From the NCBI GenBank assembly GCA_031835245.2, contig JAVKOQ020000014.1:62001-126000 (forward strand): DNA of 64,000 bases. Reading direction: 5' to 3'. The translations under genes were made by a program, and so were the position numbers. The notes under the pieces are model-generated. The model searched no databases and had not been told where the DNA came from. It saw only the letters and a list, made by a program, of their open reading frames with translations. Shown piece after piece: positions 52,169-64,000 of the stretch; the first letter of the stretch is position 1; the number at the start of each line of letters is the position of its first letter. The stretch comes from Balamuthia mandrillaris (lineage: Eukaryota).

Positions 52169-53433
52169 ATGGACGACGCGGAGAGCGTTGTCTTTCACAA
52201 TGGCTCGTTTCGGTGCCAGGTAGGTTTTGAAAGAGGCTCGGCTCCGCACGACATCTTTCCTTCCGTGGTGGGTTATCCCAAATCCAAAAGCTACATCTCT
52301 GCTCTCCCGAGCTTCATGATAAAACAGCATTACGTTGGCGACGATGCCCATTGCAAACGTGCCCTGCTGTCGTTGAACCACCCCATCGAACAAGGTATCA
52401 TCACCAACTGGGACGACATTGAAAAGCTGTGGCATCATGCCTTCTACGACCTTCTTCGCGTAGCCCCAGAGGAGACTCCCGTTTTAATGACCGAAGCCCC
52501 CTTCAACCCAAAATACAACCGAGAGAAAATGATACAGACCGTTTTTGAGACCTTTCACGTTCCCTCCTTCTACGTTGCCGTCTCTTCGGTACTTTCGCTT
52601 TACTCTGCCAACCGAGTGACTGGTTGTGTGGTGGACTCTGGCCATGACGTTACTCACGTTGTGCCTATCTATGAAGGACATGCGTTACGGCATACCTCTC
52701 TTCGTCTCGATGTTGCTGGTCGACAGTTGACAGACTATCTTGCCAAGCTATTGAACGCACAACAGCAGCAATCCCTCTCCTCTTCCTCCTCTTCCTCTAT
52801 CTCATCGCTAGTGACTGAAGAGGATGTGCGCGACATGAAAGAAAAGCTTTGTTATGTTGCTCTTGACTTTGACGAAGAGGTTAGGCAAGGGGCTTCAAAT
52901 AAGTCCGCCTACGAGCTTCCTGATGGACAGATCTTTGAAGTCGCGGACAGTCGGTTCCGAGTTGAATGTACAGAACCTCTCTTCCAACCAGGAGCTCTGT
53001 TGGGCCTGGAATGTGGGGGCATCCATGAGACCACCTTCAACGCCATCATGAAGTCCGATATCGAGATTCGAAGAGAACTTGCAAACAACATTGTGCTGGC
53101 TGGAGGAACCACTATGTTCCCTGGATTGGCGAGGAGGATGGAGAAGGAGCTCGGGACATTGCTACCAGCGGCCACACAGGTACGGGTCTTGGATCGACCT
53201 GAGAGGAAGTACTCGGCTTGGGTTGGTGGATGTGTGTTATCCTCTTTGAGCGTGTTCCGTAAAGCATGGATATCCAAGGCGGATTACAACGAGATAGGAC
53301 CACAGTTTGTTTCTTCTTTTCTCTCTCTCTCTCTCTCTCTCTCTCCCTCTCTCTCTCTCTCTCTCAGCCTTTCTATTAAGTGATTAACTCTGTCGTTACT
53401 TTCTTTAGCATTGTGCACAGCATGTGTTGGTAA
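52169..53433 (+). CDS. Divergent actin / actin-related protein (2 exons)
   Basis: FPSVVGYPK, YVGDDA, GIITNWDDIEKLWHH, PVLMTEAPFNPKYNREKM, VVPIYEG, DMKEKLCYVALDF, YELPDGQ, NIVLAGGTTMFPG, PERKYSAWVGG; last exon IVHSMCW*. Confidence 0.93.
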
Positions 53434-53874
53434 CAAAGGCAACGACACCGCGCCAACCCTACAAGCCCTTTGTGTTTGTATATTAAGTTTGAGATATTAA
53501 GCAATGTGTAACCCTCCTCGCCATTTTTCGGCGGAGTGCTGCAAACCTAGGAGCTTGCCGTCGACGAGGCTGCAACATAATAGGAAATTCTAACTAATTT
53601 TGCAAATTAGCGTTCGTAATATCCTATTATTTCACCAATTTCCTATCAACCTATTAGAGATAGAGCAACACGTGCCTCATCCAATTTATTTCAGCAAAAA
53701 AGAAAAAAGAGGAAAAAAACATAAGAATATAAACCACTTCTCGGTGGCAAGTTTGTTTTGCGTAGACCCTCTTCTTCTTCTCCTCCGCCCAACCGAACTC
53801 GCTCTCTCTCTTTTTGCAGACCAACACTCAGCAGTCGCCAGACTTTTGCCGTTTAAAATTTGGGGTGGGAGAGC

Positions 53875-56020
53875 ATGGAGCCGTGGGGACAACAACAACA
53901 AGGCGGTGGTGGGTGGGGTGCACCACCGCCCCCGCTCATGTCTGGTGGAGGCTATGGGGCACCTCCTCCCCAACAGCAACAACAACAAGGAGGTGGGTGG
54001 GGCGCACCGCCACCGCCCATGTCCGGTGGTGGCGGGCTTGGCCTGCCACCAGGCTATCCACCTCCCTCCTTTGATGGACAGCAACAACAAGGAATGGGCA
54101 TGGGCATGGGCATGGGAGGTGGAGGCTTTCCACCCCCCATGCCCATGTCTGGGGGTGGAGGGCTAGGCTTGCCGCCTGGTTACCCTCCTCCCTCTTCTGG
54201 CGGGGGTGGAGGGCTCGGCTTGCCGTCAGGTTATCCTCCTCCCTCCTCTTCCACTGGAGGAGGTGGCTGGGGTGCTCCCCCGCCTATGCCGAGCGGTGGT
54301 GGGGGAGGCTATGGCGGGGGGGCTAGTTATCCACCGCCGCCCATGCAAGGAGGAATGGCGTATGGAGCCCCGCCGCCTGCGTATGGAGGAGGGGGTGCTG
54401 CTGCGGGACCCAGTTCTGCGTATGGCTACGGTGGCTCTCCTTATGCTGGTATGCTTATTTGACTCTCTTCAGTGCTTCTCTTCGCTCTTCTTTGCTCTTT
54501 TTCTTCTCTTCTTGTTTTCTCTTTCCTCTCTCTTTGAGTGAAGTTCTAAACTGCGGACCTGTTGCGTTATGGATTACAACAAAGGTTATGGAATGTGTCA
54601 ATTGTCGCCTTGCACTGGAAGAAAGAAAGCTCTTCTCATTGGCATCAGTTATCGCAACACTGCCAGGCCTCTTCCTGGTAGCCCACTCTATCTTTTTCTT
54701 CTCCGCTCTGCTTCTGTTCTCATGTATAGTCGCTCACTGTTGAAATGTTCCGTTGTTCTTTAAGGGTGCTTGAATGATGTTCGCAACGTAAAAGACTTTA
54801 TTTCCAAACGATTTGGTTTCTCGACGGACCCTTCTTCGATGGTTCTCTCCCTCTCTCTGTTCTCTTTCTTTCTCTCTCTATAGCTTCTCTCTTCTCTCTC
54901 TTTCTCTCTCGCTATCTTACTCAGACCGTGGTTAAAAATAAACAACAGGTGATACTGACAGATGACCAGACCAACTCAGACCTGCGTCCCACCAAGAGAA
55001 ACATCATTCGCTGCATGCAATGGCTCATTTCTGGGGCATCTGCTGGCGATTCTCTCTTCCTCCATTTCTCTGGGCATGGAGGCCAAGTTAAGGACAAAGA
55101 TGGAGATGAAGATGATGGCTATGATGAAACCATTCTTCCAGAGGACTACGCCAGCGCTGGACAAATTGTTGATGATGTACGATTTATCTTACTATTCCTT
55201 CATTGTTTGTCCTCTTGTTCTTCTTCTTTTATTCTTCATCTTCTTGTGCTTGTGCTTGTGCTTCTCTCTAAACAAACTACCAAAACAACAAATAGGACAT
55301 GCACGACCTACTCGTAAAACCATTGCCACCAGGCGTCCGTCTGACTGTCATCTTTGACAGTTGCCACAGCGGTACCGCTTTGGATCTTCCCTTTGTCTAC
55401 AATGAGAGAGGCCAAATAGAAGGTCCCAACATGCCAGGCGGTGGAAAGAAAGCCAAGAAAATGAAAAAGGCCAAGAAAGACAAGAAAGGCAAGAAGGGCA
55501 AAGGAGGATATGGAGGTATGATGGGAGGAGGCTACGGTGCTCCTGCTTATGGAATGAACAATGCAGCCATGGCAGGTCTGAACAAAATGCAAACCAAGAA
55601 AGTGTCTGAGGCGGATGTCATCATGTTTTCTGGCTGTAGGGATGACCAAGTCTCCATGGACACCAACATTGCTGGTTTGCATTCTTTTCTTCTTTCCCTT
55701 TTGTCTTTGCACTCCCTCCCTCAGAGTGTTCTTGCTGATTATTATTATTTTTTGTTTATTAAAGGTTTCGGCAGAACCGGTGCGATGAGCTACTCCTTCA
55801 TCACGGCATTATCAAAAAGCCAAAAGTATTCCTATCAACAACTGCTGGGCACCATGAGGAACATTCTAAGAGAAAAACGATTCGCCCAGGTAAGACTCTT
55901 GTAACACTCTTCTCTGTGCTTTTTCTCACTTTGGCCGAAATGATCCACCCATGCTACCTCAAGGTTCCACAAATGTCGACAGGTCGACCCATGGACATGA
56001 GCCAATCGTTCATCATGTAA
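53875..56020 (+). CDS. Type I metacaspase with Gly/Pro-rich prodomain, multi-exon
   Basis: [14 protein letters not shown]...GCLNDV; catalytic His in [20 protein letters not shown]; catalytic Cys in [34 protein letters not shown]. Confidence 0.96.
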
Positions 56021-56139
56021 ACAACAACAAACGAGTCTCCTCGCTCACTATTGATGTATACAAACGAACAAAAAAGAAAGGAATTGTTTTTTGTCTAGAC
56101 TACTCAGCCTCTCAACTTTCAAATTCTCCTTTTGCTCTT

Positions 56140-56310
56140 CCTTCTTGTTGTTGTTGTTCTTCTTGTTCTTGTTCTTCTTCTTCTTCTTGTTCTTCTTCTT
56201 CTTGTTGTTGTTCTTCTTCTTCTTCTTCTTGTTTCTTCTTCTTGCTTCTTGTTCTTCTTCTTGTTTCTTCTTCTTGTTCTTCTTCTTGCTTCTTGTTTCT
56301 TCTTGTTCTT
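56140..56310. repeat. (TTC/TTG)n microsatellite
   Basis: Low-complexity array between the metacaspase and RCC1-repeat genes; a similar array lies at 57055-57165. Confidence 0.9.
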
Positions 56311-56395
56311 CTTTATCACATCACGTCGTCGCGAAAAAAACAACAGGAAAAAAAAAAGGGCAGAGGAGTGCGAAGGAGGAGAAGCAGCGCGGCAG

Positions 56396-58933
56396 ATGAG
56401 ACGACTGAGTAGCCAGCAGCAGCGGCCAGGGAGCGGCTACGTCACTCCAACCACAACCAGCTCTTCCTCCACCACCGCATCTCCTCTGAACTCCAGCTCC
56501 TCCACGCGGCGAGTGGAGAGAGAAAGGGACCACGCCAGAAACTACCCGCTCTTCCGCCTGCACAAATTGGTGGGTGTTGGTGTCGACCCATCGGCCCCCG
56601 CTTTGTCGGCGGATGAGGTGGAGGGAACCCCTGCGAACGCTCTGCGCCGTTCTTCCAGCTCTTCTTTGACGAGTTCCTCTGCCAAAGGAAGAAGCAGACG
56701 GACGAAGCAAGGCCTGCAGTCGGGCGTGCGGTTCACCTGCGTAGCTGCCGGTGGCTACGAAGCCGATTCGTTCCTCGCTTTTGCGTGCTCCAACGGTACT
56801 GGAAGTGCTCTTCCATCTTCTCTTCTATCTTCTTTTCGAACCAGTTGTTCTCTTTGAAGAGGCTGAAAGCCAAACAAACAATTCAAACAGACTACTTGCT
56901 GTTCAGAAACTGTCGCAAAGGAAGAGCGCCGCTTATGAGACAACTTGCGTGGTTCAAGGTATCACGCTCATTACTTCTTCTTGTTCTCCTTCTCCTTCTC
57001 CCTCTCCTTCGTTCTTTTGCTCTCCGTTTTTCTTCTGCTTCTGCTTTTTCTTCTGCCTTCTTCTTGTTCTTCTTCTTGTTCTTCTTCTTGTTCTTCTTCT
57101 TGTTCTTCTTCTTGTTCTTCTTGTTCTTCTTCTTCTTCTTGTTCTTCTTCTTCTTCTTCTTCTTTTCATACCATCAACAAACAAAAAAACTTCTTCTTGT
57201 TCTCCTTCTTTCTTGTCGTATCTTTTTTCACCCACTCCTCCTTGTTTTTCCTCTTGTTCTTCATCCTAAAACACATCTCGTCGTGAAGACACCAATGAAA
57301 AGAATAGAAGCGATGGACTTCAGCCCAACGGGCCAATGGTTGATGTGCATTACTGGAGACTCGACCGTGTTCTTGATTCCGCTCTATTTCCTTATGCACA
57401 AAAAAATGGACCTGCATGCATCGCAGGAACCCGATGCGTCTTCTCTCTCGGATTCTTCTTCCCCTGCAACAAGCACTAATGTCGATAGTCCCTCCTCTGC
57501 CAGCAAAAACAAGAACCCAAACCTCAGTCGCAAAGTGTATGTAATCATTGCCCTTTCTTTCATTTGTTTCATATAATAATCTTCCTCTATGTTCTCTCTC
57601 TTCATATGTTTCTCTTATCTCTTTTCTTGTTAACAATAGAAGAGGAATGTCATTACGAGGAAAGCGTGAGAAACCAAACAGACATGCCGATTCCCCTGAT
57701 TGGGCAAATGCCTCTTCTCGATTCAGCGTGTAAAGCAAATCTCCCTCTATTCTTTCGCTTCTCTTTATCTCTCTTTCTTGTTATCTTTAATTTATCTCAA
57801 TTTCGATGCACCAAACTACAGCGGAGAGAGTTTTCCTTCGCTGATGAATTATGCTCAAAGCACTGTAGCTGCCAATAGCAAGTCTCCACGGGCAACCGAA
57901 ACAGCCTCGTTTGGATCTATAAACGATGTCACTGTTATTACAGCTTGTTCTCGTCCTCGCATCGTTGGGGTTACACAATGCCTCTGGTGGAAAGCTTGGG
58001 ATGGCGATTACGGTATTTTTTTCTTTCTTTTTTTTGCTTTCTTTGCTATTAACTTCTGCTTTGTCCTCATGCATAATTAACAGGTATTATTAGCACTTCA
58101 GCTGGAAAGCTCAGCATCATTGATTTTTACAGCCACAAGGAAGCCTACGTGCTGCGCCTTGGTCATCCAATTCGGCGCATGCACCTGGTGATCGACCCAC
58201 AAGATACCTATAAAGTAAAAGCTTTCTCCCCGTGAGTTTTGGTCTGACTTTGCTCATTCTCACCATTTTTCTGTTTGTTCCTCGTAGTATCTATTAATCG
58301 AAACAAAAGGGGCTGGCTTTTACAAATTGTTGTTAGAACAAAAAATAACGGATCACACGTACCACAACATCATTTCTGCTGCTCCGAGCTTGGGCAAACT
58401 TTCCAAATCCTCAAGCAACACTTTAGCTGCCCAAAAGAACCCTTTTGCTATTACTCTTCTTCCAGCTTTTTCTGAGCAGGTAATCCTTTTTTGTCGTTTC
58501 GTTTTCTTTCCAAGCTTTGCTTTGCTTTGTCTTACGTTTTCATGGCCTTCACGTACTGTCTCAGCAACTTTCTGAAGGACTAGTACTCAGTGTACAGCAC
58601 ACACAACAAGGATGCTTTATTGGAGCGTATCGTCCATCAGCCCACACCTTTGAAGTATTCGGTCCGGAATTGGGCAAGTTTCCGCTGTTCGTTTACCAGT
58701 TGCCCTTTCCTGCCAGTCACATCCAGCTTACAGACAAGCTCCTATTCGCTGTTGGCCAAGGTTAGTGAAGCTGTTTTTTCTTTTCGTCTGTTTCATGTCC
58801 TCTTGTTTGCTCGTTTTTTTTTTTTAAAAAATCTAAAACGCCCAAACACAACTAAATAGAAGAGGGCAAAACAGCCAAAGTCTATGTCGTATCAAAATGG
58901 AATGCAGCCACTTCTTCCGAGCCACAATGTATT

Positions 58934-58983
<50 letters not shown>

Positions 58984-61900
58984 TAATCCACTCTAAACAT
59001 TGTGCGACATTTTTGGACAGGGTTTTACAAGCATAACAAAAAGAGTGTAATGCAAGAATTTGTTCTTCCGCCACAAGAAATGGTTGGTGGGGTGTTCCCT
59101 ACATTTTCTTCAGCTCCACGAGGAATGGGCATACCCACCAACGTGAGAAGGAGCGGTTCATTCGGCGATTTTCTCAACAACGAATCCTCTGGTTTAGAAG
59201 GATTCTTCTTCTGGACTAATACAACGCTTTATCAATGCAAGCCTTTTGTACGCCGTCCTTTGAACCTTTTATCTTTTTCTTCTCGTATATTTTTTCCATT
59301 TCTCACACTCCTACATCGCTTTTGTAGCATACACCAGAGCAAATATTCTTTTCGTTGATATCATCAGGACAAGAAAAAGTGGAGGCTGAGCTGTTGGGCA
59401 AAACAATGGGTTTGGACCTCTTAACACTTTACGAACGTGCTGCTGATGCCAACTTTGCTGCGGGAAACCATGAACGTGCTTTAGAGTACGTCGTCATTGA
59501 CGAGAACTTTCGAATTTGAATGTTCTAAAATGTTTCCTCCTGTTTAGGCTATATAATCTTTCCAATGTAGGTACAAGTAAATTGATCTACAAGTTTCAGA
59601 GCATCTCTCGCATGAGCGTCGTGATATCACATCTATCTCAAACCTTGGCTTTACCTGCTGGTAACTTTCTTCTTTATATCTATGTGTGAAATTTTCTTTT
59701 GCGAGGATATGCTGTTGTCATCATTTTTATATATTCTTTTTATTGCCTCTTAGCTCTTTCTGTTCGTGAAAGGCGCCGTCTTTCAGATATATTATTCAAA
59801 TGCTATCTGCAAAGTATTCTGGACACATCCATTCAAGAAGTATCATTTCCTTCTCTCGTACAATTTTATTGCAAATTTGCTAACACTCTTTTTGTTGTTT
59901 GTTATCAGAGCGATAGCGAAGCTATTCATTCTAGCTTCTGCAACTTTCTCGTTCACAACCAGGACTATGATACGTCGGTTGCGATGGATCATCTGCTCGA
60001 CAACGGTCTAACCTCCCTATTCTTCCAAGTTGCACAAGCCAAGCGTTCCTTTGGACCTGCCCTTCACAAACTGGTCAGAGCTGGCTATTTCCATCTCGAA
60101 CCTCAAGAACTTCGGCTCCTTACCGTATGTTTATTCTCCTCTCTGTTTCTATCTCTGTTATTTGAATATTAATCGTATTGTGCTTGCTTTTATTTCGTTA
60201 AAAAGGAGGGCGAGTTTATTAACGAGCTTGCTTCACGAGACGGCAGGACACTGCTTCGACACTTGCCATTACACGTTCAACTTGATATTTACCTAACTCC
60301 AACCGCCATTTGTACATTCTTCCATCGGACTTTTTCCATTCTTCCAGACTTGGATAAATCATCACTGGTAATGTTTCTCTCTTTTCTCTTCCTTCCTCCC
60401 TCCTTGTCTTCTCTGTTCTCCATTCTCTCCTTACCTTCTCCTCTCTCCCTCTCTCTGCTTCTCTTTGCTTGACTTACGTTTTTAAAATGCGACTATAGCG
60501 GAGGGTGGCACGTGCATTCGACCCTCTGAACAGCACTGTGCTTGCCCAGATGAGACGACAAAGGAAACGCGCAAACAGCATATCAGCACCTTCCTCTACG
60601 ACCGAGATAGGCTTATCTTCTGTTCCTCCAGAAGAAGAATTCATTGAGGAGGAAGAGTACATTGAATTGTTTTTGACTTGTCTCCTCATTCTGAACAGAA
60701 ATGCCTCCTTGCATGAAGGATACCAAGAGGATATCCAAGATGCTGACCAGCAACAAACAACCAAGGTTGTAGATATTCCTTCCTCTATGACGTTTCATCC
60801 TATTATCAAGAAAGTTGCATGTGGAAGACATCACATTTGCGCTGTTACAGGTAACATCTTCTGCTCGTCCTGTAGTACTCATTGCTTCCTGCTTACACTT
60901 TTGTTTTTTTTTGTTTTTTGTTTTTTGTTTTTTGTTTTTTTTTTTTTGGCGTATTGTCTTTTTTTTTTTTTTCAATTGCATTTGCTCTTCCTCTTTACAG
61001 ATGGAGGGGTACTTTATGTATGGGGAGAGAACCAGTACGGTCAGCTGGGTCTTGCTGGAGAGTCGTTGGAAGCGTTTACCTTCATCTCACCACAATCAAT
61101 CCCAGTTTTGAACTCTCACACTGTTGTTGATGTTGCTTGTGGTGATTTTCATACTTTTGCAAGGACTGGTTTGTTTTTTCACATTTTTTTTCTTGTTCCT
61201 TATTCCATTTTCTTTTTCTTATTCTTTTTTTCTTTTTCTTTACTTTGTTCATGCGTTTTTGTGTCGAATTAAGCATTGGGGCAAGTGTTTGCATGGGGCA
61301 GAGGAGACAGAGGACAACTTGGATTGGGGGATGATCTTGGACGGAACGAGCCTACTCTGGTAACTGATAATTTGGTGGGTGTATCCATTCGAATGATAGC
61401 ATGTGGACACGCGCATACTGTCCTTATGACTGGTACGTACCTGATTCATTCTTTGCTCTTTTTGAAAAAAGAAATAAATCAGTTTGCTTTTAAAATGAAT
61501 AGATACGCGGGAAGTGTATGTTTGTGGTGCAGGAGATAACGGTCAGTTGATGCTTGGAAGGTGTAAAGACGTGTTAGTTCCAACAAAAGTTGAAACTGTG
61601 CCAAAGAACGTGTGCCAAGTATCCTTTAAGCTCTCTTCCTTTTCTTTTCTTGTTATTCCTCTCCTGTTTTTTTTCTTCACTTTCGTTTGTAGATTGCTGT
61701 TGGTCACTCGCATACGGTGTTGTTAACAGGTTTCCTCTTCATCTTTACGTTGGTTGTTACTATGATGCTGAAGCTTTCTATAATTTATCATGAATAGAAT
61801 CTGGAGATGTCTTTGTATGTGGCAACAATGAATCCGGTCAACTTGGCCTTTCCACTCAGGCCTTTCCACCTTATGAGATAAATCTCACGACAGTAGAGGC

Positions 61901-63849
61901 TCTTCATGGCAAGCGCATAAAGAAGATCGCTTGTGGAGCATTTCATACTGTTGCTCTGACTGGTATTATTTGCTTCTCTATTTAATTTTATCTCTATCTC
62001 TCTCTCTGCTTTTCTTACTCTTTCTTTTAAAAAAAATCTCTCTTTTCTAACCTCTCGCTTCTCATTTCTCATTCCATAAATATATCCAAGACTTAGACAA
62101 CGTTTACGTTTGGGGCAGCGGACTTAGAGCCAGAGACACGGCATCACGCCACAAATCCTCTTCCAACAATAACAAAGCGATTTCCTTTCACCAACCCCAA
62201 ATCGTGCGACCACTTATGGGGAAAAGTGTGAAAGATGTGGCTTGCGGCTATGGCCACACCATAGCTCTCACCGCAGACAACCATGTGTACGCTTGGGAGT
62301 CTTTGTCGATCTCTCCAAATGCCACTTCTTTGTCAGCTTCACCCTCGAGAGCTCGTTCGACTTCTCTGTACCTCATGCCCTCTTTTTCTGGAGTGGTAGT
62401 GATGAGCGTTGGAGGAGGAGATGGTTTTTCTGTCGTAGTGTCAGGTTCTCTCTCTCTCTCTCTCTCTCTCCTTTTCTCGTTGATATTGTATTTAACATTG
62501 CCTGCTTGAACCAACCAGATAAAGGGGAACTGTTCAGCTGGGGCAAAGTGCCTCACCACAATTTCGGTCCAATTCAACATGAACCTTCTTTGGTTTCCTT
62601 TCCTCATCCCTCCTCTGTGAGCTCGCCACGCAGATTATTAGCAGGTACGTTTGACATATTCCTTTTAACTCTGCAAAGCAAAACTAACAACTTTGCGCAC
62701 AGACAAACTTGAAATGGATGATGCTACTATACAACGGTATGACCAACATGCGTTGGAAGTCGCTCTTCGACGATTATTCAAAACCTATCGTCCCACTTTG
62801 ATGCTTCAACGTTGTATACAATGGTCTAACTGGAGTGCTGCTGCTATTGTACGACTCCTCTTTCTTCGTTGCTCGTATCCTTCCTTTTCTTTTTCTCCTT
62901 TTCTTGCCTAACCTTATATCTTCTACAAAAACACAGTTGCACACTCTACTCGGCAACGACAGGGAGGCTCTTTTGTGCAGGTTGAACGATATAACTATGG
63001 CAAACAAAGGAGAGACGCAAGAAATAACCTCAGTCCTTCGGCTGTTTTCCACCCTCCAGGAACAGAAGGATTGTGACGAAAAGAAGGCCTCCTTGATCGA
63101 CCTGGTTTGCTTTCTCTTATTTTTTTTCTCCTTGCTTTCTTTGCTCATAAATGATTGTTCTGAAACACAACTTATATAATCAGATATTACGTTTTTGGCA
63201 AGAGAGAAAATTGCCAGTTGAACCACTGGAAGACTTTTTGCAAAAAAACCTGTCCCACTTGGGACAGGTGTTAGGCATAGTGTTACAGCACTATGACCAA
63301 CCAGATTCCCCCTTCAGAGGATTAGCCTTCTCCAACGAGCTCTTCAAGAACATTGCCCACATTTGCATGAGCCGTTTGACATCTCACCTCCATAGCAGCA
63401 ATTCTTCCTCCGCCTCTTCCTCCGCCTCTTCCTCCTCCTCTTCCTCCTCTTCTTCTTTAACCCCAACTGGGCAACTCTCAGAAGAAGCTCTTTGGAAGGA
63501 GATCTCCGCCACCTTGTTCCACTCCCAATGGAACAAACGAGCGTTCATCGATCTGCCTTCCTCTCAATTAAGCAACAGCACCGCATCAGCTGAAGAGGAC
63601 GGAGAAGTGGTGGCTTTCACCTGCGATAAGGCTCACAGCTTCCCGAGAAAGACTTTCTTTGAGAGGGTGTTGCCCAACTTCAAGTCCTTGCTCGCCGCCT
63701 TTCCCAAGGAGGCCGCTCTGCCGCTGACGAGCGAAGCCTTGCAGGCGGAGTACCAACAACGGATCATCCGCTTGGCCTGCCCCATTTGTCTCTACAACAC
63801 TCTCCACTTTGAGCTCAGCCAACGATACCCCTCTTTGAGTGCTTCATGA
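56396..63849 (+). CDS. Large RCC1-repeat protein with N-terminal beta-propeller-like region, helical region and C-terminal Cys/His knuckle (claret-like), multi-exon
   Basis: RCC1 repeats KVACGRHH, LYVWGENQYGQLG, DVACGDFHT, VFAWGRGDRGQLG, IACGHAHT, GAGDNGQL, DVACGYGHT; N-terminal AMDFSPTGQWLMCIT; C-terminal VAFTCDKAHSF...LACPICL. Confidence 0.8.
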
Positions 63850-64000
63850 GCAAAGCATCAGATCATGATGGTTTAATACTTTTATTTTTGACAGTTTAAC
63901 CAACGACTCTCCGTGCTGCGCATTCATTTGTGGAAAGGTTCGGTTGGTTGGTTGGTTGCTTTACTGGCGCAGCACAACCTCCTCTCCCTTTCGGTCTAGT

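Overview
Gene-dense eukaryotic DNA with GT-AG introns, many filled with pyrimidine microsatellites on the sense strand. The two 5S rRNA genes are close to but not identical with the Acanthamoeba 5S as I recall it, and the gene content (Dictyostelium-type class I PI3K, type I metacaspase) fits an amoebozoan of the Acanthamoeba/Balamuthia group (inference). About 22 protein-coding loci were reconstructed by eye: DUF4397-like secreted protein, RGS-C2 protein, DUF962/Mpo1, WASP-like protein, F-box/ankyrin pseudogene, secreted repeat protein, F-box/WD40, F-box, Cdc25, class I PI3K, OTU-like protein, FG-GAP membrane protein, FIRRM/FLIP-like, hAT transposase-derived gene, ETF-alpha, listerin, SAM methyltransferase, divergent actin, metacaspase and an RCC1-repeat protein. 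Most notable: (1) a WASP-family-like protein with an unusual SH3-SH3-C2-GBD-polyPro-CA architecture; (2) an intact 4-exon OTU-like gene missed by the ORF track, lacking the catalytic His; (3) an intact but catalytically altered hAT/BED gene beside a decayed Ty3/Gypsy remnant; (4) dispersed 5S genes with a decayed 5S-like unit directly upstream of one copy; (5) recurrent GTCGAC and E2F-like motifs in promoter regions. All domain calls are by-eye motif recognition, not database searches, and internal exon boundaries of the long genes are only partly resolved.
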